From assembly GCF_006345805.1 (NCBI RefSeq), contig NC_043010.1, positions 64,418,001-64,482,000 on the forward strand: 64,000 bases of DNA, written 5' to 3'. Below are positions 1 to 13,480 of the stretch, in pieces. The notes beneath the pieces are model-generated. The model was not told the origin of the DNA. It did no database searches and saw only the letters and a program-made list of their open reading frames with translations. The translations under genes and the position numbers were made by a program. This stretch comes from Octopus sinensis. Its lineage: Eukaryota. Every line of letters starts with the position of its first letter. Within the stretch, counting starts at the first letter, position 1.

Positions 1-856
1 TGACTGCAAAATTGATGCAACACAACATATTGATCGGAGTCCCACCCATAAGGGACAAGAGTAGGGTGGGTTGAAACAACCATTGTACAAAATAAACATT
101 AACACCAAACCCATTTTCTCGTTACTTAAGAAAATGTTATTATCTCAACAACACTGCAGAGTTTCTGAAGTAGATCCAACGGAAATATACCCCGACTACG
201 GATGATACCAGGTAGCACAAACTGTGCCAGTGCTCTATTGAGTACTTCAACACACTAATTGACACACACACATTACTCCAAAATACAAAACACACACACA
301 CACACAAGTGTATCGGCTGTACTCAGGTACTCAGTCATTTTTCATTACTTTATAAATGCACGTTCTTTCAATATGATTGCATTTTATGTTATAGCTCTAT
401 GTTTTCCCTTATTCATGTTCGAGCTGTTTCATTTCATATTGCATGCCTTGCCAGCATTCTCCCCACATGCATACTATATGTATATTTGCACATATACACT
501 ATAAAAGTATATGATACAATGATATCAAACCAATGTAAAACATGCTACCTTAAAGATAGCATGTATACACTAGAATAGATAGTGGATGGCTAAAACATTT
601 AATTCAAAGGTTCAGCTTTGTCACACAGTACCACGATGACTCTGTGAGGATTATGTTACGATGCTGGGCTGTGGGGATCGAACCCAGAGTTTCGTGATTG
701 TGTAACCATCCTAATATATATGACCCTATGGCAGTTTGGTCCCTGTATTATTCTCTTCAAACTTAATGATCTTCTCTGTATAATGTATGTCCCCACTGAA
801 ATTATTTCACTATGGAATGTATCTGCTATCATAAAATGCTTTATTTATAATTTCAG

Positions 857-991
857 CATGTGCACCCGGGACTTATGGTTATGATTGTACAGGAGTTTGC
901 AACTGTCGTGATAATGCTACTTGTTACATAATGAATGGTAACTGTTCAAATGGATGCGAAATCACCTACACAGGAGCTGATTGTCAGACTC
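857..991 (+). CDS. Exon: EGF/laminin-EGF-like (MEGF10/SCARF-type) repeat of a receptor PTP-like gene
   Basis: tttcag acceptor, gtaag donor, phase 1-1; translates xCAPGTYGYDCTGVCNCRDNATCYIMNGNCSNGCEITYTGADCQT (8 Cys). Confidence 0.9.
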
Positions 992-1054
992 GTAAGTATT
1001 TTCTTATTAATGTAAGCATTATGATAGTGCTGATGATGGTGATGATATATCTAT

Positions 1055-1096
<42 letters not shown>

Positions 1097-1189
1097 TATT
1101 ATAAATCATATATACATACATAGATAGATACATACATACACATATATTATAAATCATTTTATCCTACACAGGTAGAAATATAGGAAAAA

Positions 1190-2330
1190 TAGAAGTTGAA
1201 AATGCACCAAGAATAGTTGAAATATTTTTTATTGATATATTTAAAGCTTTAACCGGTTTCACAGTTTACAATGATTTACAAAAAGCTCAAATAGAAAGAC
1301 GTGGCTTATGTCGCAGCTGTCTTGCTTCTGACTAGTGTTTGAAGCTTTCCTATTTTTATAGGGAGTTCATGGCTCAAACTAGTATACGTCTTGAACAGGA
1401 TTTGATAGGTACAGGATAGTCACATGACTTTGCTAGTATCAAGTGTCAATGTTTGGTGTCGTAAGTTAAGGCTGACACGTTTAACTGAATAAGTTCAAAC
1501 AATCAAAGCTCTGAATGTTTTTTGTCAAGTGTTTGTAGAGAATGAACACATGATTAAGTTTATAACCGTTTGTACGTCTCCTGCTATGTTCGTGCATTTG
1601 TTCTAAATAGATGGCTGACACGGTTGAGTGAACATGTTTAGTTATAATCAAGGCACTCCAAATTTACTCTGTCTGGCGGGAGAGTAGACAGGAGTCGTTT
1701 GTATGTAGTCCAGGGGCAACAATTTAGGTTGATAGCTGTGTAGCTTCATCATGATATGTGGCAGAATGAATTTTGTGTGTGAATAGTTATTTGTGTATGT
1801 ACTCTGTTAAACTTTGTTTAGTCTTGGTTTTTACTTTTGTATGAAAGTATTTTCTTTGTTTATCTGTGCTTCATCTGTAATATTCGCTGAACATAGGTAG
1901 AGTGAGAAGACCTGGAATTTCAGTGACTTACTTTTTGAACATTGGTCTATGTGACCACTCAGTGGAATCTGTCTACTACTAGGGTCTCGTAGCTGTTGTC
2001 AGTGAATGGTCAGTCTATTTTTAGAGTAAGTTTTGTTTGACCTATGAAATCTTCATTACATCCTCGACATTTGATAGTGTATATTAAATTGCCTGAAGAA
2101 CATGTAAAGTGATTTTTTTCGGTAAAAGTCTGTCCTGATTTGAATTTGTGTGTCGTGTCTTCAATAAATTTGATGAAGGTCCCGCAATTGGGGCGGCCGC
2201 ACTTTTTGATTGTTGGCGTAGGAATTGTGAAAGTTAATTTAACAATTGTTAGGAATTTTTTGAGGGACTTTGATTGGCTTTTACTTTTGATTATTTTCTG
2301 TATTTCAAATGAAGCAAGCATTCGAAATAC
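1190..2330 (-). mobile_element. Penelope-like element 3' fragment (GIY-YIG endonuclease plus 3' region)
   Basis: ORF 2010-2321: CGRPNC...FTCSSGNLIYTIKCRGCNEDFIGQT, the PLE Zn-finger/GIY-YIG signature; continues degenerate (IPLSGHIDQC...KENTFIQK). Confidence 0.8.
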
Positions 2331-2655
2331 ACAAAATAATCAAAAGTAAAAGACATACCACCTTAACATTGGCTACCCCTCAACACTGGCTTCTCCATAA
2401 CCAAGAACAGGGTTCCTAATCACCAATATCTATGCAGGCAGTAGACTGACATTCATCCCCTGCAACACTCTACATTCACCTCCATTCAGGTGGTGTAGGC
2501 ATGCAATCCCCATACACAAGTCTGTACACACATGCCTATCCACGCATACACAGATCTACGTGTACCTCTCTCCTTCCTCCCCAAGAGACACCATCAACCT
2601 CAGTCCAATGCCTGTTCCCTGCCCCCGTCAGCAATGCTCTTACAGCTATACTATC

Positions 2656-3529
2656 TGTTGTGGCGAGAGTCATTGACAACCCTGTGAGATTGGAAGAATG
2701 GACTAGCCGAACTCTTAGAAAAAAGAGCGTATTGGTTGAGACGACAGAGAAGTCGTAGGAGTTGTTGAGAGTTTGTGGAAGTTGTAGGAAAAATATTTTT
2801 GTTATTTTTTGTTTCAGTTTGCCTGATGACTTGTTTTTACTGGAAGAAAAAAACATTTATATTTTTACAGATAAGATTTATAGGGAGGTCCCATAAATGA
2901 AACAATTCCATCCAGTCAGTACCGAACAAGTTTGTTGCATTATTTAACAAAAAAACTTTCGCTTTGCTTTTCGTACTTAAAAGTATAAAAATGGAAGAGA
3001 AGGTTTGGTGGACGAAGTAGTAACAAAAGAAATAGACAAAATGATGTATATGAAAAGAGGCGAAAAATGGGAGCGCAAGACATTTAAACCAGCTAAAAAT
3101 AGATATACAGACAAAAGAAAAGAGATACCTATGGAAGTGCCAACGCCACAAGAAGTCGAACCGAGGCGTAACAGCACAAAAAAGAGGAAACAAACAGAAC
3201 GGTTGGAAATAGAGCCTAAACAGAAGAAATATTAAATTTCCCCAAGAAGAAAATCTCAAAAAGGGAGGTGTGGTGAAAGAAGAAGAAAAAAAATAACATT
3301 AACTTCCAACGGAAGTCAATCTCAAAAGGGGAGATGTTGTGGCGAGAGTCACTGACAGCCCTATGGGATTGGAAGAATGGATTAGTCGAACTCTTAGAAA
3401 AAGTAGCGTATTAGTCCAGACGACAGAGAAGTCGTAGGAGTCACTGAGAGTTCGTGGAAGTCATTGAGATTGACGAGAATTTGTATTTATTGGAGTAATT
3501 TGAAGTAAGTCGTGTGAGGACAGTTATGT
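2656..3529 (+). mobile_element. Internally deleted Gypsy-type LTR element
   Basis: About 128-bp direct repeats starting TGTTGTGGCG at 2656 and 3335; polypurine tract aaaaggggaga before the second; integrase C-terminal remnant (VTKEIDKMMY...RHLNQLKNRY...RRNSTKKRKQTERL); CTATC at 2651-2655 and 3530-3534. Confidence 0.7.
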
Positions 3530-3989
3530 CTATCCCCACTTCATGAAATATGTGCATCCAAGGAATAGAAGGATATAAAACTATCATACATTTGTCACAC
3601 TCACACACACACATACACATGCACATGCACACACAAGACAAAAACACACGCATGCATATGTATTTTCTTCCAGACAAGCATGCACGCATACATTTTCTTC
3701 CAGACAAGAATATACGCACACACTCAAATGACACAAATGTAAGAATGTACATACTTATACACACAAGCGCCCACACTTATATATATGTAAACACACACAC
3801 ATGCCCACACCAGACGAAACACTCGTACGCACATATGTTCATCCAGACAAACCTGCACGCACTCATACGTTTATACACAAATGCAAGAATGTATACACTT
3901 CCGCACACACGCTCATAAATGCACTGATCCCACCCTCAAACGAACTGAGAAACATCAGGTATGGGTTCAAAGTATATAATATTATATGG

Positions 3990-5690
3990 ACGATCTAAAG
4001 CTGTTTGCTAGAAATGACGAAGAGCTAGTAGGGCTGTTAACAACTGTTAAAGAGTTCAGAAATGACATTCAGATGGATTTTAGCCTTGATAAGCAACTTT
4101 TGTAAGAGGCAAGCTCAAACAAACAGCCTTCACTACATTAGATACCGATACTACCATCAAGGAGCTTTACCCTACAAGGAAGCTATAAATACCTGAGAAT
4201 AAACGAACGAGATGGTATAGAACATGCTATTATGAAGGAAAAAATAAGAAAGGAGTATTACAGGAGAGTAAGGCTCATACTAAAAACTGAACTCAACTCC
4301 AAACATCGCATCAAAGCCATTAACACCCTGGCACTTTCAGTAGTCCAATACAGCTTTAACATCATTAACTGGAAAGTTAGAGCTCCAACGCTTGAACAGG
4401 AAGTCAAGCAGACTACTAACATCTAAGAACATGCACTACCCAAAAGCAGACGTTGATCGTCTGAACCAACCTAGAAGTAATGGTGTAAGAGGAGTGATGC
4501 AGGTAGAACTACTATAAGACCTCCACAACAGCAATGAACAGGTATGTATCTAGTACACAGGACTGGATGCTGCAGCTTGTGTGCAAACACGAAAGCAGAA
4601 AAAAATCACATTCTATTGTCAAGGAAGCCTGCAAATTCGCAAGGGAACTCGGTATTAACCCTGGATTAGATGAAGAACCTGAAACCATTGTCACAAAACA
4701 AGTGAAACGGGTAAAAAAAGAACTGGCAGAAATTGAAGAGCGGTGGAGCCAGAATAATAATAATAATAATGGGCAGTATATACTTCGAAGTCGAAACATT
4801 ATTATTATCATCATTATTATTATTTACTTTTAATAATGTTGATGTAGATTAAGCAACGACCCATCAGTGGCTGAGAAGTGCAGGACTGAAACCAGAGACT
4901 GAAGGTTTCATATTAGCGGCACAAGACCAAAGCTTACTTACTAAAGACTACAAGCCTAATGTCCTTCAAAACGGTTCTGACCCTAAATGCAGATTCTGCG
5001 GTGCATTTGACGAAACTATTGACCATCTTGTTACGGGATGTTCTGTGCTGACAACAAACGAATACAAAAATTGCTACGATAGGATAGGGCAGTATTTATA
5101 TTGGAAAATATGTAAACACTACAAAATCAACACCCTTGCTTACTGTTATGAATATCATGCTGATCCAATTCTTGAAGGTAAAAATGTCACTATCCTCCGG
5201 GATTTTCCAGTCAACACTGACAGAACGATCAAGGCAAATCGACTTTGATAATTATTAAAGACAGGAAAGAAAATACTTGTAGACTTATAGGTGTCAGTGT
5301 TCCCACTGATAAAAATATATCTGTCAAGGAATTTCACAAACTAAGTAAATATAAGGACCTGGAAATTGAAATACAAAAGACGTGTTATTGTAGGTGCCCT
5401 AGCTATGATAAGAAAGGGATGTCAGAAACATCTAGATAATATCCCAGGAGAACCATGTCTCAGAGAAATCCAAAAGATTGTACTGACAAGTACTGCCCAC
5501 ATCCTTAGAAAAACATTATTAATTTAAATGTGTGTGCTGTATTACATGAATATATTTCGCTACTGCCCCTGCCACTTTCCCTCCCCAAGCTTTCAGTTAT
5601 ATTGTAACATCTATCCTTCACTCGCCCCTAGACGCTAGGTGTGTCTCGTCAAGTGATTGTAACAAACAAGTAGATTAAAAGTAAATAATA
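3990..5690 (+). mobile_element. R4/Dong-clade (RLE) non-LTR retrotransposon, 5'-truncated, degenerate
   Basis: MKEKIRKEYYRRVRLILKTELN, QWLRSAGLKPETEGF, CRFC zinc knuckle, DFPVNTDRTIKANR..KYKDLEIE; (AAT/GAT)n tail. Confidence 0.88.
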
Positions 5691-5922
5691 ATGATGATAA
5701 TAATAATGATGATGATGATGATGATGATACACATATAAATAATTATGATACACATATATATCTACACACATAAGAAAGCGACGAGCGATAAAGAGAATGA
5801 GATATGAATAGTTTAAAGTGAATGAGACAGTGAACGTAATATTCTGTTAACATTTTAATAATTCATCACTCTTTTTTCAATGAAAAGGCTCAGCTCAGTC
5901 AATGATTTTATACTTTTTACAG

Positions 5923-5998
5923 CAACGTATATATTCGAACTTATTGGAACCGGAATACTAGTGTGTCTAGTTTTAATAGCTGTGTGTGTCTACTGCTG
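5923..5998 (+). CDS. Exon: transmembrane helix
   Basis: tttttacag / gtaagt, phase 1-2; TYIFELIGTGILVCLVLIAVCVYC. Confidence 0.85.
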
Positions 5999-6311
5999 GT
6001 AAGTGGTCGATTTATTTTAAGTTTATGAATCTCTCATATAAATATCTTATATAAGCTGAATGAATCTTTCATATTAGCCGAATGAACTGCCCCTTGATAT
6101 TTTTGATGTGATAATCAAATATATCGAAGTGCAGTTCGATTTCGTGAAGTTAAGAATTTCCATTTGCAAACTTGTAGTTCTGGGTTCGACCTTAAGTTAT
6201 TTTGCTTGCGTTGTAGATTTTTACACACTCTGGTGTTCACTTATTCACATTTCTGCATGAACTTATATAAGCTTCCCGCTGCTGCTGATCAGCGACAAGC
6301 ATTGGCAATCT

Positions 6312-7295
6312 GCCTGACCGGTCTTGAAACATGGACCTAGGAGTCCCAGTCAACTGTGAGTCGTTGCAGCCTTTGACTTCGTGAACTCTGGCGGCACAGG
6401 GGAAGCTAGAATGCGATACGTAATCGTACTTGTGTTGCTCCTCCTGGGAACGGTGTGTTGCACAACGTTTCTAAGTATCGTTTCCTGGTCTAGTCCGCGA
6501 GTTCACGTCTACCCCCAAGGGCCGCACATTCCCGCTCTAACTCAAGTGTAGCAGGTTGCTGGGGAGCCGAAAGATAGCGATCCACGCTCGGTCAGGACGA
6601 AGCTAGAGGAAACTCTGGTGTAAGTTCGAAGTGCCTCTGACGTGCAAATCAATCGTTGTAATATGATGTAGGAATGAAAACATGAATCGAGCTGAAGTTT
6701 CCCTCAGCACAGCTGGCGAAATCACGAGAACGATTTGTAACTCTGTCCGGTAAAGCTGGCGGACCCAGTGATGTTGAGGGCCTCAATCCTCTCTCGAACG
6801 GACGAAAAGGTCCGCTTCTCTTGCGTGGAGGTGGCCGTAAATTATTGCAGCCATTGTAATGCGTCACGAACGCATGGTGGTAAGTGGGCTACTTTTAGTA
6901 AGCAGAACTGGTGATGTGGGATGAACCGAACGTCCGGCTAAGGTGTCTTACACCTCGCACTCTAGATCCCCGAAAGGATGTCGGTCGAGATAGACGGCAG
7001 GATGATGGCCATGGTTGTCAGAATCCGCTCAGGAGTGTGTAACAATTTCCTGCCGAATCGACTGGCTTCGAAAATATATGGCTCGAGCAAGCAACCGATA
7101 TCGGACCTGCTGGGCGACAGGTTGCGCGATCACCGGTGAGGCGACTTTCTGATGCTCGGTCTAGTAGGACGGTGCTATGAGCACGATCCTGGATGAAACC
7201 GATCGCAGGTGCAGATCTCGGTGGTAGTAGCAATTATTTGAACGAAACTTTCGAAGACCGAAGTAGAGAAGAGTTCCGTACCAACGGGTCGCATC
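6312..7295 (+). pseudogene. Degenerate 28S (LSU) rRNA fragment
   Basis: Mutated versions of conserved LSU motifs in order: gaccggtcttgaaacatggacc, gaggaaactctggtg, ctgacgtgcaaatc, gtaagcagaactgg..gatgaaccgaacg, aggagtgtgtaacaa, ggtgcagatctcggtggtagtagcaa; no 18S/5.8S or 3' LSU sequence nearby. Confidence 0.88.
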
Positions 7296-8439
7296 CGTGC
7301 GTATATTTTATATATACACATATCTTCTCATGCCCACCACCATCAATATGTATAATTTTGTTTGTTTTATTCTGTGTCAATACTTTTCGTACTTACTAAG
7401 TAAGATTGGTGTCCAAATATTTCCCCTGAATGCTGGATAGATTAAATTTCATAAATATTTTTCCCAATTACCCTAAGTCCAACAACAAGGAACTTGGAAT
7501 GCACGTGCACACACGCATGCATACACAGACGCACACACACACACACACACACAACACAACACATGCAAAAACATATCAGTGCATACACACATATGCACAC
7601 TCTCATAAACTAAGGATTCACGAACGCTTGTATTTATAAAGACAAAGTACAGAATATTTAAGGCTGCGTTTGCATAATCTATTAGAAGCTGAAACTTCTT
7701 CAATCGTTACAATGATTTTACAATTGCCAATTCTTTAAAGGAATGAAGAATAGACACTTTGTAACAATATATATTCGAAAATATTCGTGAAATCAAAATT
7801 GAATTGTCACTGAAAAAAGGTTAGAAAATGTGTCAGATATTCATTTATTCAATTATATGCAGAACATCATATATTCAAACGCAATATTTTCCTCAGGTAT
7901 TTAGTAATTCCTCTGTGAATATCAATAGAAAATTTTGCAAAAAGTCACCGATTTCAAATGACACCTATTAGAGCTATTATTGTACAGAATATGCCCATTG
8001 TCATGCATAGACGTATAACACCATGTTATAAACCAGTTGCAATTTTGAAAAATTGGAATTGTTGAATTTTGCAGACATATCTATCGATATTTATTGAAGA
8101 ATTTTCCAAATACCAACTGGGAAACATTACATTATTTCTTCCGTGATGGATTTCTCATAACCTGAAATGTGGCCATATATTGAAACACTAAAACTACTTT
8201 AACAATAGCTACAATGCTTGCTTCTGTGTGTTTTATACATATGATTCTCATGACATGAAAGTGTCATGTATTTGTATATGTCCACAGATGAATATCTAAT
8301 GCTTCGCGTATTTTAATCAAATAGATAAATGTGTGGCACATTTTCTTACCTTTTTAGTTACCTTCTCGATAACTAGACATATTTCGATATGAATATTTTG
8401 CTAATGCATTTTTGCATTATTTCTTGATAAATTTCAATA

Positions 8440-9575
8440 ATTGGCAACATGAAACTCAAAATAACATTTCAAAAAGTTCCAGCTTCCAATAAAAATAATA
8501 TGACTATTGAACTCAACAACAGGCTCTGATATGTTTCCAGAAATTCAGTTAAACACAAGTTAAGAAGCTCTTCCCAGGGATTCCTTTCATGTGGCAAGAT
8601 TCCCCAAGTGTTAAAATAGAATATAATCTACACAATCCATAAAGGAGGAAGCAGAGCAGATGCCTGTCTTTCTGATCTCATAGAATGCATTGTCAGAGGG
8701 GAGCTGATCACATGCCTAGAAGAAAATCGTTTGCTTACTCACACAAAGCACAGCTCCCGTCCGAGAAAGAACTGTTCCACACAACTACTATAACTTTATG
8801 ACTGAATTTATTTAAGCAAGGATGTCACATATGACTTTGCAAATGACTTCAATAAAGCAGATCCCGGGATGGGGAGCTATTGTAATCACGGAGTCACAGT
8901 GGTGATCTGGGAATCCCCCTGAGTAATGAGACATCGTTCCATGAGAATATTTCTAAGACGATGACGATGTGCAGGTTACTTTAGTTGAATTCTAAGATAA
9001 TTTAAAACGAGTAGAAGGGAAATCATGTTGGCCTTATTCTCAGTCGTTTGGACTAGTCTACCGCTCCCTACTGTAGATGCCAATTGCACCAAACTAACAG
9101 CAGAGCTTGAGGCAATCCAACAGTGTTACACCACGAGGATTGTCTCAGTGAAACAGATGAGCTACTGGAAGAAGCTAAAAGAACAGCTCATACTCCCTAG
9201 AGAGAAGATGTGAAGGATATATACGAAAAATCCTGGAGGGTCTATCGCCTAAATATAGGACTGAAAGAGATAACAACCCCCAAACTGGACGCCACTACAT
9301 GGTAGCAAAGGGCTGATTATTTCAGTCTAGAGTAAGAAAAAAGTACTGTAATAGATGAGTCCAGAGTTTTACAACACCTTGACAAAACACCCCAGGTATC
9401 TACAAAACATAGAGCTGAATGTGTTCAAAAATTTGTTTTCGGATGAACACAAGAAAGGCATATAAAGACAGTGTTGTCCAACTCATTCACTTGAACAAAA
9501 CACGGAGGGAGGGTTTAGTAAATAAAATGGCATTACCCCAACATGGTCACAGCCCATGGTGGAAACAAGTAAAAA
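8440..9575 (+). mobile_element. Heavily deleted CR1-like LINE relic
   Basis: RT-like remnants (IYTIHKGGSRADA; LEAIQQCYTTRIVSVKQMSYWKKLK) and 3' end ccccaacatggtcacagcc. Confidence 0.55.
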
Positions 9576-10023
9576 GGGAAAAGTTATACACACATATACA
9601 TATTATATGTATATGTATATATATATATTAATTTGCATGGAGAATATGTTAAACTCACAAAGGGATGTTTTGTTGCATCTAAGGAAAGACTGGTTCTATA
9701 CGTAGTATTTTTGGGAAATGAAATTTCCTTAAATAAATAGGTATGTATTAAGCATATAATTCATGTTCATTAACTGAAGGAAAGAAAATGGAAAATTAAA
9801 AGTTAATGTTTATTTATTATTAAAAAAATTGGTAATCTTTACTTCCAACAGCCGTTTCCATTAGTGCCCAATAGGTAAATTAAAAACTTATGCTTTAAAT
9901 TTGCATTTGTTATGAGCATAATTCCATCAGAGAAAACAATATACATTAAGATATTACATGCTGACCTATCCATTAATGCAAGCAAACTAAATATTAGGAG
10001 TTATTATTATTATTATTATTATC

Positions 10024-11534
10024 ATTCAGTAGTTTTATTTTTATAACGTGCTTTCACTTCACTTCCGAGCGCAGCTCTGTGTGCCTTGGGTATGTGCTGT
10101 GATTTGTTGTGATGCTCTAATGGTTACTGTATGGAAAGTGTTCTGTGTAGGATGTGTGCAGTGCCTAGTAGTGCAATTTTCTGTATGTTATATGTGTTTG
10201 TAAGTCTTGGTGTTTTTGTCATGTATTTGTCTGAATATTTTTTTATCATGCCCAATGCACCCACTATGATAGGAATTGCTTCTGTTTTTAGATTCCACAT
10301 TCTAGTCACCTCCATTTCCAGGTCTTTGTATTTTGAAAGTTTCTCTATTTCTTTTAGAGACACGTTGTCATCTGCTGGAATTGATACAACAATTAGAAAG
10401 CATTTTTTTTCTTCATGATCTCTGACAACTATATCTGGTCTGTTGGCTTTAATTTCTCTGTCTGTGTGTATTGGCATATCCCAGAGTATGGTTGCTTTCT
10501 CGTTTTCTGTGACCTTTTCTGGTGTGTGCCTATACCATCTTTTTTCTGTTATTCCATAATGTTGGTATAGCTTCCAGTGTTTGTAGGTCCCAACTCTGTC
10601 GTGTCTGTGAATATATCCCTTCTTAGCCAGGACTAGGCAGCCAGAGATAATATGATTTATTGTTTCTTGTCCATCTCCACATATTCTGCAGTTACTTGTT
10701 ATATTTCTTTTCATTACATGTTTTTGGTAATTTCTGGTGGGGAGGCTTTGGTCTTGTGCTGCAATTAAAAATCTCTCTGTCTCTGCTTTGAGTCCTGAGC
10801 TTCTCAACCACTGCTGGGATATTTCTTTGTCTATTTCTTTTGCATTTAGTTTAGTCCAGTACTTTCCATGAAGGGGCTTTTCTTGCCATCGTTTTATCTT
10901 GGTTCGTTGCTGTTCTAGTTTTAGTTTTGATTTCATTTGCTTTATAGCTTTTGTTGTGTTTTTCTTCTTCTTCTTCTTCTTATTTGTTAGGTGGTATGAT
11001 TTCTTGTTTGTATTTGTCAGCTTCCTTAAATACTGAGAACAATTTTTTGTTTTGCTCGTGTTTTGCCGCTATTTGTATCAGTTTTACTTGCTTCTGAAGT
11101 AGGTATTTTTGCCGTCAAATGGTGGTTATTTTATAGTAGTTTTCCAGCTTTATAAGGCCTCTAACACCTTCTATACGTTGTATATATAGCCTTTCTATGT
11201 CAGATTTTGGGTGATGCATCCTAGATCCTGTCATTATTTTTCTTGTTTTCCTATCTATTTTGGTTAGTTCATTTATCGTCCAGTAAAGGATATTGTAGCT
11301 ATAGCTTATAACTGGGACGGCTAAAGTGTTAATACCTATTATCTTGTTTTTAGCATTGAGCTCTGTTTTTAGTATTGATCTAACTCGTCTATAGTATTCT
11401 TTCTTTATTTTCTCTTTCATTTGTGTGTGTTGTGTCTTACCCAGTTCATGGATTCCTAAATATTTGTAAGTTTGGTTTTGGTCTAATTCTCTTATTTCAT
11501 TGACTTTATCTAGTGTTATGTTGCTACTCTTAAC

Positions 11535-11535
<1 letters not shown>
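10024..11535 (-). mobile_element. R4/Dong-clade retrotransposon, 5'-truncated, inserted in (TAA)n
   Basis: ORF 10124-10936 with CRIC..ETINHIISGC knuckle and RLE motif RPDIVV..KE.EKLSKYKDLE; TAA repeats at both ends. Confidence 0.93.
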
Positions 11536-11565
<30 letters not shown>

Positions 11566-11763
11566 GGATTAATTAGAATATAATGAGTGGTAAAGTAAAG
11601 AATAAGATGGAATACAAAAGAAAAAGTAAATAAAGTAAAAAATGGAAATATAATAAAATGAAGATAATTTAAAATAAATAAAATATGTGTAAAGTAAGTA
11701 AATAAAAGGAAGGACAAGAATATCCATTTATGAGATATATAAAAGAATATGTAAATACATATA

Positions 11764-12999
11764 CAGGGTGCATAAGATATTTGAGGACAGATTTATGTTT
11801 ATAAAAAAGCAGATATATAATAACGGATAATAACTTTATTTATCAAAAAATGCTTTGAGGATAAAAATAAACCTTCTTTTCTATAATGTTATTCAATAAA
11901 GCTACCTTCAGCTTCAACTACTGTTTCTATATGAGATCTAAATCATTTACATGCTCAAATCAAGTGGTCCTGGTTCATTTTGGACAATACTCTGACTATA
12001 GTAGCATTCAAAGAATCTTTGGTGTTGTGGGCGTGTTCATTGACTTCTGTCTCAACAAAGCTCCGCATGTAATAGTCCAATGGATTGAGATCTGGGGAAT
12101 TAGGAGGCCAAATGTTAGGCGTTATGTGATCATGAAAATTTTCAGCTATTCATTCCTGTGTTACTAGAGCCATGTGTGATAGTGCAGAGTCTTACTGAAA
12201 CACATATGACCTTTCATTGCATACACTGTCAATACAGGGCTTAACAATTATTTCCAGGACCTCAGTGTAAGCGGCAGAGTTAATTCTAAGGCCTTGTGGA
12301 AAGAAGTAATGAGGCATCAAATATCCTTCATTGCGGACAACCCCTAAACCCATGACAGTTGCAAGAAATTTTGTATGCATAGCACTTGGAACTTCAGAAG
12401 GGTCTGCACATAACCATCTGTCATTTCTTCTGTTAACGTTTTGATCTTGTTCAAAGTTTTTCTCGATTGAGAAAAACAAAATCAAATCTAGTTTAAGAGC
12501 CTTTTAGATCTGATATAGGTGATTTTCTTTTGCTTTTTCTGACAAATTGATGTTCTCTCATCATATTAAACTTATATCCGATGTTTCCGTGGACAACATT
12601 TCTGACTCTTCATTCTGACACATGGAGATCTTTTGCAATTGACCTCATGGACATTCTGGGACTGTAATCAATAGTGTGTTGAACTTGCTTTAGGATGCCT
12701 TTAGAATGCTTTTAGAGTGCCTTTCATGCTTTGACACTGGTGATACATTTCCATCTTCAGTCTCTAGCTTCTTACAAACTTTGTAGACGAAAGATCTGGC
12801 AACTTTTAAAAATCGAGATATTTCTAAATCGTAATGCCCAGCCTTTATAACCACAATAACAGCCTGCCTCTTCATTTGTTGAGTAATCTGAGGGTCTGCT
12901 ATTATTATTTTCTGAAACAAAGATTATACAGAGTTAGCAAAAAAAAAAATACAGCAATGACCCCAAAAAGGTATGACCTCAAATACCATATGCACCCTG
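11764..12999 (-). mobile_element. Tc1/mariner superfamily (maT-like) DNA transposon, degenerate
   Basis: TIRs cagggtgcataagatatttgagg / cctcaaataccatatgcaccctg with TA at both ends; transposase remnants DQNVNRRNDRW, FFPQGLRINSAAY, WPPNSPDLNPLDY. Confidence 0.9.
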
Positions 13000-13199
13000 T
13001 ATATTCATACTCACTTACATATATAAAAAATTAACATACAAACCCAGTATTAATCAATCAGTTCCAATTGGTTGAAGAAATTTTAAAATAGTGTACATAC
13101 GCAATAGCGTCTCTAGAGAGAAATGTATCTAGTCATAACGCTTATTCAAAATATGGGAATGTGTGGAGCTATGTGGTCATAAGACTAGCAGTTATAATA

Positions 13200-13248
13200 G
13201 CACGTGTATACATACATATATAGCTATACAGATACGCACATATATAGG

Positions 13249-13280
<32 letters not shown>

Positions 13281-13480
13281 TACATATGCATACACATACA
13301 CATATATATATATACACAGATATACATACATACACACGTATATATACATACATATAGATATGCATACATATACATTCATGTATACATACATACGTACCTA
13401 TATACATATTTGTGTACATAAATGTACAGATATACACATACTTTCACATAAGTACATATATTTTGCGTATAATCATACAC
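13200..13480. repeat. Mixed (AT)n/(AC)n/(ATAC)n microsatellite
   Basis: Directly visible; source of several spurious ORFs. Confidence 0.9.

Noticed and set aside
158-240. Possible exon after cag acceptor
   Set aside because: Stops in all three frames
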